Shown here one piece after another: positions 1-11,735 of a stretch of DNA of 60,947 nucleotides. The stretch is from Ginglymostoma cirratum (lineage: Eukaryota): contig JAHRHZ010000056.1 in assembly GCA_024137785.1 (NCBI GenBank), positions 25,267,163-25,328,109 on the forward strand, given 5' to 3'. Each line of letters begins with the position of its first letter. Position 1 is the stretch's first letter. The notes under the pieces were generated by a model. The model had not been told where the DNA came from. It worked only from the letters and a program-made list of their open reading frames with translations, and searched no databases. A program made the translations under genes and the position numbers.

Positions 1-36
1 ATTTCTGATGAAGGGTTTAGGCCCGAAACGTCAAGT
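1..36 (+). ncRNA. Minimal type I hammerhead ribozyme motif (PLE family A)
   Basis: ATTT-CTGATGA-A-GGGT/TTAG/GCCC-GAAA-CG-TC-AAGT: conserved CUGAUGA and GAAA boxes, stem II, palindromic ACGT, GUC site, 4-bp stem I. Confidence 0.7.
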
Positions 37-131
37 TTTCCTGCTCCTATGATGCTGCTTGACCTGCTGTGTTCATCCAGCCCCATGCTTGTTATCTCGG
101 ATTCTCCAGCATCTGCAGTACCTTTTATCTC
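1..131 (+). mobile_element. 3' terminal (pseudo-LTR) segment of a Penelope-like element, truncated by the window/scaffold edge
   Basis: Same sequence as the terminus of the GIY-YIG PLE at 24480-24580 (reverse complement). Exact reverse complement of 59727-59857. Confidence 0.85.
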
Positions 132-989
132 AGTGACATCATTAGCATTGTGTTGACGGATTGTTAATCCTGACATTGAATTATAACTACTTCCCCAGCC
201 AAAACAAATAAAAAGAAACACAGATGAGCAGAGAAATATAATTCTCATTGCAATAATCAAAAAATAATTTTCCATATGTTTGTGTATCAGCGTTTTTTTA
301 GGTTGTGTGTGTTGTGGCTGATGGCCAGCACTACTGCAGAGGATGAATGTTCTAATGGTAATTGCCAGAATGTTAATCTTTACTGAATGGAGGCCATATG
401 AGGTTTGTTTCAAAACGCAACCGGTCTTGGCTGTAAGTCTGCCCTTTAGCGCTTGCTGAGCTGCTGGATTACAGATTGTGGGATTCTCCGAGAATTTTGG
501 ATATAATGTGTTTTTCATTCTGGAGAGAATGCAAGATATCTTGTGTGCAGTAGTGTGAAGTTGAAAATTTTGTAGTTTGTATCTGCAAATTTACCCGCGT
601 CTTGTCAAATGTGTGCTCTTACAATTGATATTTAAAGTGAAGATCGTCTATGTAATGATATAGGAGGTTTAAGGTTAAACAATTTTTGAGTTGAGGTACT
701 GTGCAAGATAATTGAAATGCCTCTCAAGCTATTTCAAGGTAGGAACTTGTCTATCTACCAGAGTTTTATTTTTAATTATTCCAAACATTACTTTTTTTGA
801 TGCTTATGAAGTTGAGCTTCAGTTAGGGGTAGCTGTGTGCTTTTACCTGTTTTGGAACTTGTTAAGACTGGTAAACACATTTGACATGAAATCCTTATAG
901 CTAATGGGCATGAATGATGCATTCTGTCAATTCAGATTTTAATTCAGGTACGTATAGCCAATTACTAGCAAGTTGTCCTACCTTGTTCT

Positions 990-1110
990 AGACATTGCTT
1001 TTTTATCACATGTTTTGATATGTTACCGTGCGTCTCTGGGACGTTTGAGACTTGAGCCCAGACTTTCCAACTTAGAAGCAGGGACACTACTGATATGTTG
1101 CAAGACCACT
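990..1110 (-). mobile_element. Short (~120 bp) tRNA-derived SINE-like repeat
   Basis: Similar to copies at 4640-4755, 16392-16505, 23295-23395 and 43795-43910. The better copies show A-box and B-box-like (GGTTCAAGTCCC) motifs. Confidence 0.55.
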
Positions 1111-1137
1111 TAAGTGAAATGAACCTCCTTCAGATAG

Positions 1138-1235
1138 AACAAAAACAAAGTTGCTGGAAAAGTTCAGGTCTGGCAGCATCTGTGGAGGAGAAAACAGAGT
1201 TAACGTTTCGGGTCCAGTGACCCTTCCTCAGAACT
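1138..1235 (-). mobile_element. 98-bp PLE-derived mini-element (family B) with 12-bp TSD
   Basis: Flanked by perfect direct repeat TCCTTCAGATAG (1126-1137 and 1236-1247). Homologous copies at 22587-22684, 23186-23273, 42356-42489 and 54983-55095. Confidence 0.8.
1198..1235 (-). ncRNA. Minimal type I hammerhead ribozyme motif (family B)
   Basis: Minus strand AGTT-CTGAGGA-A-GGGTC/ACTG/GACCC-GAAA-CG-TT-AACT: perfect stems I and II, intact core. Confidence 0.75.
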
Positions 1236-2074
1236 TCCTTCAGATAGGTTATGATGCACTATTGTGGAAGGTGGGATTGAAACCTTGACCTTAACGCCCA
1301 GTGGGAGGGCCATTACCTCTGTTTCACAAACGCACTTTTTAGAGCTCCTCTTTGCACATTTAATTGAATGCTGATTGCGGACAACGGCTACGTATGTCCA
1401 AAAAATAGTGAAGACCAATGTGTTTTGCTTGAATGAGATATGATCCGTTGTCATGCAAAATTTGTGCAAGACTCATTGAAAATTGCTGTGTATTATGCCC
1501 TCTTGCACCCAAATCGGGTCTAAACAGTAATTTCCACTCCACTGTATACCTTGGGCTGAAATATTGTTTGATAATATCATGTGAAGCACCTTGGGGTGTT
1601 GCACATTGTTGTTCATTGTAATCATGTTCCAGGCCGGCAGATAACAGCCAGTGTGTAAATCGAGTTTGACATCCCTGGCTTAAGAAATCTAGAAGTAGTT
1701 TCCTTCCTCTATTCCCTGTGTGGAAGCCAGCAACTTCAGCTGAGTATTTTTCCATATTGGCATGACCATAATTGTGTCCCACATGTTGTGTACCTACTCC
1801 ATGTGAAAATAAATAGCAAAATCAATTGCAGCAGCACAGATAATTTGTTAATGCAATGAAGATTTAAATGCTGAAGCTGAAAGCTTGGTGATTAACTGTA
1901 GACTCAAAGGAGAAAAATCATTTCTTTTTCACAAACCACTCTTCGTGCTGTTTTGCTAAGTCAAAGGCACTGTGTAAATGCAGGTTGTTGTTGTGGTTTA
2001 GTAGATTACAGTAGCATTCCTATATTCTACTCCCTTTATCTATTTTTCCCACACTGCCTTTGGAGTGATGATGA

Positions 2075-4020
2075 CATTGTGATATTGCTGCTTGACTGGT
2101 AATCCAGAGACCAAAGTAAAACTGAGGAGTGGAGTTGGAATCCCACCCTGGCAGATGGTAGAATTTGAATCCTATAAAATTTGGAACTAGAAGTCTAATG
2201 ATCATGAAATCATTGTTGATTGATCACGAAATGATTATCAATTATTAGATGCAGATAACAAAGATGGGTGGAGGAACATGTAGTAATGAGGAAATGGGGA
2301 GGCTGCAGAAGGATTTAGACTGGCTAGGAGAGTGGGCAAAGAACTGTATTCCATTTGCCAATGTGGGAGGTTATGCATTTTGGTAGGAAGAACAGAGGCT
2401 TAGACTATTTTCTAAATGGGGAAAGACTTTGTAAGTCTGAAGCATGAAGGAATTTCGGAGTCCTTGTTCAGGATTCTCTTGAGGTTAACTTGCAGGTTCA
2501 GTTGGCAGTTAGGAAGGCAAATGCTATGTTAGCATTTATTTCAAGAAGGCTGGAATACGAGAACAGAGCTGTCCTGCTGAGACTGTATAAGCCCCTGGTC
2601 AGACCGTGTTGGGAATATTGTGGGCAGTTTTGGGCCCTGTATTTAAGAAAGAATGTGCTGGTGTTGGAAGGGGTCCAGAGGGGGCTTACAAGAATAATCC
2701 TGGGGATGAAGGGCTTGTCATATGAGGAGCAGTTGAGGACTCTGTGTCTGTACTCAGTGGAATTTCAGATGATTGGGGGGGTGGGGGGGTGGAATCTAAT
2801 TGAAACTCACAGAATACTGAGACGCCTGGAGAGTCTGGGACCTGAGGACACAGCCTCCAAGTGAAGGAGCAATCCTTTAGAACTGAGGTGAGGAATTTCA
2901 TCAACTAGAGGGGGTGTTCAATCTGTGGAACCCTTTGCTGCAGAAAAGGCTATGGGGGCCATGTCATTGAGTTTATTTAAGACATAGTAATTAGTAAGGC
3001 TTGATTAGCAGCAGACCGCAAGTTATGGGGAGAAGGCAGGAGGATGGAGTTGATAATCATATCAGCCAGGATCAAATGGCAGAGCAGATTTGAAAGACTG
3101 AATGGCCTAATTCTGCTTTTGTATCTTATGGTTGTAACAAAAAATCCGGTTTGCTAAAATCCTTTACAGAAGAAAAGGTGTGGCCCCTTCCTGATCTGGC
3201 CCATGTGTAACTGCAGACGGTTGGAGCTCTGGTTGACTCTTAACTGTCCTCCAAATTAGTGTAGCAAGTCATTCACTTTTATTAAACATAAAAGGGATGA
3301 ATTTGATTGATGCCCTGGCATCAACTTAGGCACCTGAAATTACATTGGTCAACTCTGAAAGACCCCTCACCAATTATTGAGGATGAATGCTGAAATTAGG
3401 AGAGCTATTTCACTAACTAATGTAGCAACAGTCTGATATCGTCTGTAAGGTGTGACTCGTGACTATGACTATGTCCCAGGCAACACCACCTTCATCTCTG
3501 TGCATGCTCTGTGTTACTGGCAGGACAGACTGGGTAGAGTTGGCGCAATGGCATATTTTTGGAAGGGAGTTTCCCAGGGAGTCCTCAACATTGACCTGGG
3601 ATCCCATGAAATCTTGTGGCATTAGGTCAAACCTTGCTGATCACCACATACCAGTCCGCTGTCTCAGATGATGAATTCTCTGCCATGCTGAGCACCATTT
3701 GGAGGATACACAGAGTTGGTAAGGACCTGAATGGGGTAGTTTAACGTCCATTACTAAGAGTGGCTCGACCACATTACAGCTGACTGAGCCAGTCAAGTAC
3801 TAAAGGACATCGCTGTTAGACTGGGTCTACACAGGGGTTTTTGGAGCCAACAAGAGGTTAAACAAAACTTAACCTCATTTTCCACAATCTCCGTGTTACG
3901 GGTGTATCTGTCCATGAATGTATTGATAACAGTGACCACTGTCCAGTAGTTTTGGAGAAACCGCATCCCCACATCATGTTATGTCTCACTATTACCTTGC
4001 TCAATGGGATAGACTTTGAA
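2075..4020 (+). mobile_element. 5' part of a non-LTR retrotransposon (RTE-X/CR1-group-like) with tRNA-like head and decayed APE endonuclease; interrupted by a CR1 at 2245-3133
   Basis: 2075-2222 plus 3135-3270 match the head/body of the SINE at 15365-15695. From about 3370 the sequence reads as a degenerate APE N-terminus (KLGEL..QQSDIV), with later GxFNV-like and SDH motifs. Confidence 0.55.
2245..3133 (+). mobile_element. CR1 LINE 3' fragment (RT C-terminus + 3' UTR)
   Basis: ORF 2490-2864 (KANAMLAFISR..LYKPLVRP..EYC.QFW..LEGVQR) is CR1 ORF2. Typical 3' end TGAATGGCCTAATTCTGCT. Confidence 0.9.
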
Positions 4021-4029
4021 CAGGTGACC

Positions 4030-4600
4030 AGACAGAGTCTAATGAGCACCTTAAAGGAAGAAAAAAAAGTGAATAGATGTGGAGAAATCTGGGGAGAAAA
4101 TTCTAGAGATTGGGGCCGAGGCAACTGAAGGTATGGCCGCTGGTGGAGCAATTAAAATCATAGATGCTCAAAAGGACAGAATGAGAGGTGTCCAGCTCAT
4201 GGAGTGGTGTGACTGGAGTTGGGCTCAGAGATAGGCAAGTATAAGTGCATGAAGAAATTTGAACGTAAGGTGGAACATTTTAAACTTGGTAAATTACTTA
4301 GTTGTGGGTCACTATAGACCAGTGCACATAGGGATTTGGGCAGGGGGCTGGTTGGGGTCAGGTCTCTGTGCGGGGGGATAGCTACTGTACACAGGGTACA
4401 GGCTCAGGCCAGGAGCAGAACTGAGTCCCATGGTTTCTGTCCCTGGATGGGTGACCAGGACTTAGTGTCATTTAGGACACACGGTCAAGTTTTAGAAAAT
4501 GTCAAATTTATAGAGGGTGCATTGTGAATGACTGGCTCGGTGTGTAATGAAATTTTGAGTCGAGAGGTACTAATGACATGGATGAGGGTTTAGGCTGCAT
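4030..4600 (-). mobile_element. L2-like LINE 3' fragment
   Basis: Reverse complement resembles the L2-type 3' ends at 13425-13830 and 45810-46060. Confidence 0.55.
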
Positions 4601-4639
4601 TTTGGATGTCTCTGTGGATTTGGTTTTTATCACCTTCAG

Positions 4640-4755
4640 GAGAGCTCTTGAGGCACAATGCTAATGTCTTTACCTCTGGTCTAGAAATCCTGAGTTCACA
4701 CTGCTCCAAAGCAGTGTTCTTAAAGTGTCTGAACAGGTTGATTAAAAATATCTAT
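4640..4755 (+). mobile_element. Short tRNA-derived SINE-like repeat
   Basis: Ends CTGAACAGGTTGATTAAAAATA, like 43795-43910. Confidence 0.55.
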
Positions 4756-5883
4756 GCCACTTTCAGGTAGTGCATTTCATATCTCAGGAAATTTCCCCAT
4801 GCTGCTTCTCCAGCCCCTATGCCAGTTAGCTCAAATCTATGACCTCTGGTTACTGACCATCTTGCCTGATGAACATGCTTTTTTTTAATCAACATCCTTT
4901 GTTATTTTGACTGTCCTTATTAAATCACCACTTTTCTTTCCAAGGATCTAACACAATGGCAGAACAGATTTGAGCAGCTAATTGTTCTCATCCTGATCCT
5001 ATGTTTGTACTTTTTAAAAAACAAATAGCAGAAATGTAACTAAAAAAGGCTATCTTTACTCTATTACTTATTTCAGAGTGAAGTTATTTTGACAGTTAAT
5101 TCATTTCACACCGTTTGCGTGTCTTTCTGCATGTTCTACTCCTCTCACATTTTATGATTGCTTACATTTTTGGTTTTTTTTTGTTTGGATTCTTATAATG
5201 CACATAACTATAATGATCATGAGATACAGCCGCATCAGAAAGCGGGCAGTAATTCGACACGGATGCGCAGGGTGGATTTAATCCCTATTTTGAATTTGTG
5301 CACGTATCTATATTTTTATGTTCCTGGATTAGGTACCAATTATATTTTTAAAAAGTAAGACACATGACAATTTTAAAAACAAGCGTAGAGGTGGTAGCAG
5401 TGTAGGAGTTTCTCTGTCATACAGCTGAGGAACTGAGAGATATTAAGTTGAGGTGCTCCAGTAGTCTTGCTAGGAGGATGATGTAATTGGTGCATGATAA
5501 ATTTGTATTTTTACGTTATAAATGTGGGAAAAGAAATTTATAATGAAATATATGGTAAAGCATGATGACATGAATTTATGTAGGCTGGAAACATGTCTAC
5601 ACTTAAGTTAACATATTTTAATGTTCAGACTTCCCTCTAGTAACAGCTGAGGAAAACAACTGCATTTACGTAGAATCTTTCATGATCTCAGCACAATCAA
5701 TTAAATGCTTTGTTTGAACTTCTGATGTAGGAAATCATGAAAGCCACGTTGTGCGCAGCAAGTCCCACAAACGGTCCCATTTTAGTACTTTTAGGTAATG
5801 CTGGCTGAGGTATAAATTTTAGCCAACACATCAGTTCACTTCTCTTTGACCAGTGATAGTGGCAAGACATCATCAAAATAGTT

Positions 5884-6218
5884 TGAGATAGTAGGAACTG
5901 CTGATGCTGGAGGATCTGAGATAACAAGGTGTAGAGCTGGATGAACGCAGCAGGCCAGGCAGCATCAGAGGAGCGGGAAAGCTGACGTTTTGGGTCTGGA
6001 CCCTTCAGAAAAAAAAAAGGAAGGGTCTAGGCCCGAAACGTCAGATTTCCTGCTCATCTGCTGCTTGACCTGTTGCGTTCATCCAGCTCTACACCTTGTT
6101 ATCTCGGATTCTCCAGCATCGGCAGTTCGTACTATCTCTGAATCAGTTTTATCCCCATTGTGAAGCCACTTCTGAGGATGCCTATTTTGAAGAAGTTGCC
6201 CTTCTCCCTATGGAAAGA
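5884..6218. mobile_element. Fold-back (inverted pLTR) PLE family A insertion with 13-bp TSD
   Basis: Inverted arms ~5885-6006 and ~6020-6138 around an A-tract. Direct repeat CATCAAAATAGTT at 5871-5883 and 6219-6231. Confidence 0.8.
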
Positions 6219-6814
6219 CATCAAAATAGTTAAATTTGTCATTTATTTCATTATTGATTGTAGGAACATTGTGTGCGAGTTTGCTACTATTTTTGCCTGC
6301 ATTACCACAGAAGTTTCATGCAAGCAATAAATAATTGTAAAGCTTTTTTCTGTATTCAATTGCTCAGTTGTCCCATCAGATGAGACATTTACATGCTGAA
6401 CTTTAAAGTATAAAGTTCAACTTTGGTGTTTAGGCAATAAGCCTCAACAGTGCCCCGACGGTGGGAAGTGTTACAGTTTACTGATCGGCTACAACTGTTA
6501 GTTTGTCTGATGGTCCAATTAGATATTCACGACCTCACATTTATTCCACTACCACCTGTTTTTGCCTCAGCCATAAGGGTCTACTGAGGCTTTTGTTACT
6601 TCTGTTACCAATTATTACTTCTCTGCCCTTTTCAATGGCTTCCTGTGCTCCATACACACAAGCTTCAACCTGTCTCAGGACTGAATCCCACCCTCTCATC
6701 ATTCATATTTCTATTGATCCACGCTGTTTCATACAGTCAGCATGTTAAGTTTAAACCCCTTGACACATCTTGAAATCTCTCCACTGAATTTGCCGTACCA
6801 TACCTTTGTGTTAG

Positions 6815-7355
6815 CATGCGTAAGAACATGGCCCTTCGAGCCAACTCTGCCATTCAGTAAGATCACGGCTGGTCTGATTCTAACCTCTACTCCACATTCC
6901 TACATATCCCTGAAAGCTTTCATCCTTTTGGCAATCAAGAATTTATCTACCTCTGCCTTAGAGACAAAAAAAAATCAAAGAATCTGTATCCACTGATTGT
7001 TGAGGAAGGGAATTTCAAAGACCTCTGAGAGAAACATCTCTGTTTTAAAGGGCACCTCCTTATTTTTTAAGCCATGACCCCTATTTCTAGATTCTCCTAT
7101 CCTTCTAATGTCCACTTGGTCAAGTCCTCTTAGGATCTTATGTTTCAATTAAGTCACCTCTGACTCTTCTAAGCAACAGTGAACGCAGGCCTGGCCTTGC
7201 TTCATAAGGCAATCCACTCATTCCAAATGTAAGTCTAATAAATTTTCTCAGAACTGCTTCTAATGTATTAACATCCTTCTGTAAATATGGTGAACATTGC
7301 TGTACACAGTGTGCCAAATGTGGTCTCGCAGATGTCCTGTATAACTGAAGCATAC
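6815..7355 (-). mobile_element. CR1 LINE 3' fragment
   Basis: ORF 7138-7353 (LQLYRTSARPHL..CVQ..SPYLQKD..RGDLIET) plus CR1 3' UTR. Confidence 0.85.
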
Positions 7356-10300
7356 TTCCGTGGATGACGTGTTTTGGAATATTTAATGTTTCAGGAACTT
7401 GATAAACATCATAAACAACAAATTACATTTAAAGCAGTGCTGAACCATCGAATGGGGGTGATGGGGAAGGATATAAGCCTGTGCAAGAACTCTACATATT
7501 GCTGGGTTGACAATCCCAGTTCATTGATGAGGAAATAGACATTAATTGTGTATGCAGGGGAAGGAAGAGTAACTCTGTACACCACCTATTGGCCAATTGT
7601 GAAGTGGCTTAAGTAGGGATCTGCTGGCAAGATGGGAGTAGAGAGTGATGCAGGTGGGAATGCAAGATGCTTGTTTTAAAAGAAGGCTTTGTGCCTCCTG
7701 TTTTGTTCAACTGGCAATAAGTTGAATTGGTGATTTGGTTTAGATAATTGTAGTTCTATTCAATCTAAAGCTAGAACTACAGGCTGTGATTTAAACTGGA
7801 AGGTGGGGAATGCTGAAAAGCAGGTTGTGCGAAACATTAATTTACCTCTGTGCATATCGCATGCAGTTTATATGTTTTTAGCATTTTCTGAAGAGCTTTT
7901 CAGAAGTAATACGGGATAATATTTCCCACAACTTGTTTGTTCGTGAAAGGGTTAAGTTGGTGTGAAGGAAATGAGATGTTTTAGCGTCAAGATATTTACT
8001 GTCCCACTGCAGCTGCAAGGTTTTGCGTAGACACCTGGTGGTGTCGAAAGCACGGTACTCTCTGCACAACGACTGCAGTAAATGGCTGGAGCTCCTGCTG
8101 CTTTGTTCCATTTGTTCTGCTGTTAGACCAGTTCGCTGCTGTCTTTGTCTCCTGTCGAAAATGCTGCAGTGGCTCCTTCAGTGGAATTTGTGTAACCTTC
8201 AGTGTGAGTGTGGTACAAAGGTGGGTGGTGGTCACATTCTTTCTGGGGAATAGTTCCTAAGAAATTGTGGTTGGATCTTTGTACTCAATCATATTTGTGT
8301 GTGTGTATCAGATGCCAGGACAGCATGACGACGAGTAAAATAGAGGAGGGAGATCGGGAGAGGGAGGCTGGCTGTATTGAACAAGGAAAATTTGGGAAAA
8401 GGGAGAGAAAATTGGTGAATTGGTGTCTTGTAAATGGAGATGACAAAAAGTGAGTGTGATGTGTATTTAGTGTATCCATAGAATAACGGGTGAAGAGAAA
8501 TGCAGTTGAGGACTATTGTGCAAAAACAGTAAGGTGAAGTGGTGCAAAATATTGACTGATGACTAGATTTAGAATTCTGTTAGTGGGAGGCAGAAAGAAA
8601 TAGAGAATAAAACTGAGGAGAAAATAAAGAATAATCAGGGTAACAGGCTGCTGCTGTCGACCTGTAGATCAAATGCCAGCAGTGCAGAATATGCAAAACT
8701 TACTCCATGATTAAATCATCATTTATAGCACGTGTCTCTTTCAATGGCTTACTGCCTAAATTATATGATATGCTAATGAGAGAGAATGGCAAATCTGTCT
8801 CTTATACAATGGAAACAAAATGGCTGGTTATTATTGCGGTATGCAGGCAAAGTACCGATTGTAATTAAGAATGTTTTGCTAAAGGAAGGTAATAAGATAG
8901 AACTCTTTAAGACATAGGTTGCTGTGGCATGTGGCACTAGTTTCATTCTAGCTGCAGTGCAGAACTAATTTTATTGCAAAGACAGATGAAAGAAGAGAGG
9001 AGTTGTGTATCTTATCCAAACCAGCCCTGTTGATCTGAATTTTTAATATGTTCACAGCTGGAGGGGAGGGGTTGCAGTGGAGGAAATCATCCAAATTAGG
9101 TGCTGTAAAAATATTCTGGTAGCAAGTTTGTGTATAACTGTTGCTTCATGAGATGAAAAGCATCCATATTTGCCAAAATTGAAACCAAGGTTTCCCATTT
9201 CACTGGGTTTTTTTTTTCTGCAGTCTCATTTCAGTTTTCACAGGATCCACATTTATTTTCTTTGTCTTGTTGTCTTAGATCAACCTGGTATTTCACTAAT
9301 GGAACAGCATACATTGAACAAGTGGGTTAACAGTGGGCTGATTGGTCATGGAACTGAAGAAAATAGAAAAGGGTATATTCCACGAAAATCTTAGTTATTG
9401 ATTATGTAATGTCATAGATTCCCAATATGATATACTCCCAAATGAATCCTTTCCATATAAAGGTTTGAATTAAGTTTCACTATAATAGGATACTTGAACT
9501 AGAGAAAAAGGTAACATCTGTTGTTTAAACATATTATGAGGAAGGGGCCAAATTTTATCAATAAATTTAGGCTTTTAGAACTACTTCTTTAACTGAAATT
9601 GTTGAGCATCCCTTTATTATAAATTCAAGTTTGCAGAATAAATAGAGAAGGTGAAGTATCTTTTTGGTTAATCACTGCACAAACCAAAATCTGGAAAAGA
9701 ATGGTTCAATGAACTGTAAGAAATTGAGCAGTTAATGCACTTGTGTGTGTAGCTTTGTGGGATCCAAAGTATGCACGTATTTTATATTCTGAATCACTTT
9801 AATCAACGATGTTAAAATTCTGGGAGATGAATATAATCATAATCCACATTGTTCAAGGCAGGCAATTTTTTTTTTAGCATTTCCTGGTCTGTGTACAAGC
9901 CAAAATTATTTTAATTTGTGATGGATGAGAAACTGAACTACCTGACAAATCTTTACTGTGCCTACAGTTGAAAAATCTATATTGAGACACTGTTCTGTGT
10001 TTGTGTGTATGTAAAGGAGCTGCTAAGATCGTAACAATCATTAGTATTAATTTTTATTACTTTAGTTAACCTAGATTGTGCTCTTATTATTGTCTCCCAA
10101 TGTCAGCAGCAATTAAATTCCCATAATTGTTTTGCCTTCCCAAAATCTACCTTGTTCCATTTTCAGGAATCTATCCGTCCTCGCACCTTGGTTTTGATTT
10201 TCAATGCCTTGATAGGCCCTCGCATACAATTCCATTCTGCAATCGTAATTGCTTTTAACTGCTGCTATGACAACTAATTCTTCCCTGCTATACTTCATCC

Positions 10301-10834
10301 CTGCTACATGCAACTTTTATTTCTATCATGTTTTATTTCTATAATTCTTCACACTCTATTGTTGAGGATCCATTCTGTTGTTCTTCCATGTGATAAGCAA
10401 CTTTCTCCAGTGGTTTAGTTTTTTTGTGGTTAAAACATTGCAGATCAGTTGTTATCTTTTCCCAGATATTTTTTTGGATTATATTTTGACCCATTGGCAT
10501 TAGAGAAGGAAATTGTACAAGTTCCAAATTCTTGTGCATTTCAGGTCGACAGGCACTTTGGAATGCAGTAACTTTGGTGAATCAGCACCATAGAATGAAT
10601 ACAGCAAAGAACGAGGCCACACAGCCTGACAGCAACTTGGTCAGTTCCGTAATCCCAGCATGTCCCCTGAAATTGTTCTCTGTTCAGATAATTTTCAGAA
10701 TTATTTTCAAAGTTAATTCATATGCAAGAGCTTTGTGGAAATTGAGGTTTAAAATGGTGAATTCAATTGATAAGATTTTCATTCAGTTTTAGCTGAGCAT
10801 CCATTGTTTACTGTACTATACGAAACATATACAT

Positions 10835-11735
10835 GTCTCAGGCTGCAGTGTGGTGATGATCAGCTGGTAAATTGGGTAGAGCAATGACAGATGGAATTTA
10901 ATCCTGATAAGTATGAGATGATGCATTTTGGGACTAGTGTTAAGGGAAGGATATTCACAATGAATGGTGCATTCCTCAGGAGTACTGAGGAACAAAGGAA
11001 CCTTGTTGTGGAAGCCCATAGATTGCTGAAGGTGTCAGCACAGGAAGGCAGGGCAGGTAAGAAGACATTCAGGATGCTTGCCTTCATTGGCCAGGACATA
11101 GAATATAGGAGCAAGGATGTCTTGTTACAATGTCATAAAACATTGATGAGACCACTGATGGAATATTGTGTGCACTTCTGGTCGCCATACTATTGGATGG
11201 ATGCAATTACACTGGAGAGGGTGCAGAAGAGATTCACCAAGATGTTGCCTACGATTAAAATTCTGTTGTTAGGATAGGCTGGGCCTCTTTTCCTTGAAGC
11301 AAAAGAGGCTGAGAGAGGGGATGTGACTGAGGTCCACAAAATTATGATGTGGAAGTCCTGGTGTTGGACCAAGGTGGACAAAGTCAGAAGTCACATGACA
11401 CCAGGTTATAATTGCCCAACAAATGTTTTTGAAATCATGACCTTTTGGAGCACTGCTCCTTCATCAAGTTTAAGGCGAGGAGTAAGTAGTTTAGAGGAGA
11501 ATGGAGCAATTTGTTTTTCACCCAGAGGATAGTAGAAATATGAAACATGCTGCCCGAGTGTGTGGTCGAGACAGGCAATATTTAAGCAAAATGTGGATGA
11601 GTACTTAAAATGCCAAACACCAAAATGTTGTAGGCTTTGGACCCAGTGCCGTTAAATGGGGTTTGTGTAATTTGGTGTTTGTTGGTCGGCATAGACGTGG
11701 ACCCAAGAGCCTGTTTCTACGTTGTATGACTATGT
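10835..11735 (+). mobile_element. CR1 LINE 3' fragment, interrupted at ~11345-11470
   Basis: ORF 10891-11277 (MEFNPDKYEMMHFG..EYCVHFWSPYY..LERVQKRFTKML). Confidence 0.9.
11345..11470 (-). mobile_element. Short PLE-derived element (family C) with degenerate hammerhead motif
   Basis: Minus strand 11436-11470 reads TTGATGA-A-GGAGC/AGT/GCTCC-AAAA-GG-TC: same architecture as families A/B, perfect stem II, core mutated. Confidence 0.5.

Noticed and set aside
2490-2864. ORFs resembling reverse transcriptase (also 10891-11277, 12800-13051, 37367-37642 and others) as functional genes
   Set aside because: Short frames within frameshifted, stop-riddled LINE relics; no intact ORF2.
5884-6140. CRISPR-like or DNA-transposon MITE interpretation of the palindromic repeats
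   Set aside because: Eukaryotic context with no spacers or cas genes. The arms are the terminus of the GIY-YIG PLE at 24480-25588, and TSD lengths vary, unlike cut-and-paste MITEs.
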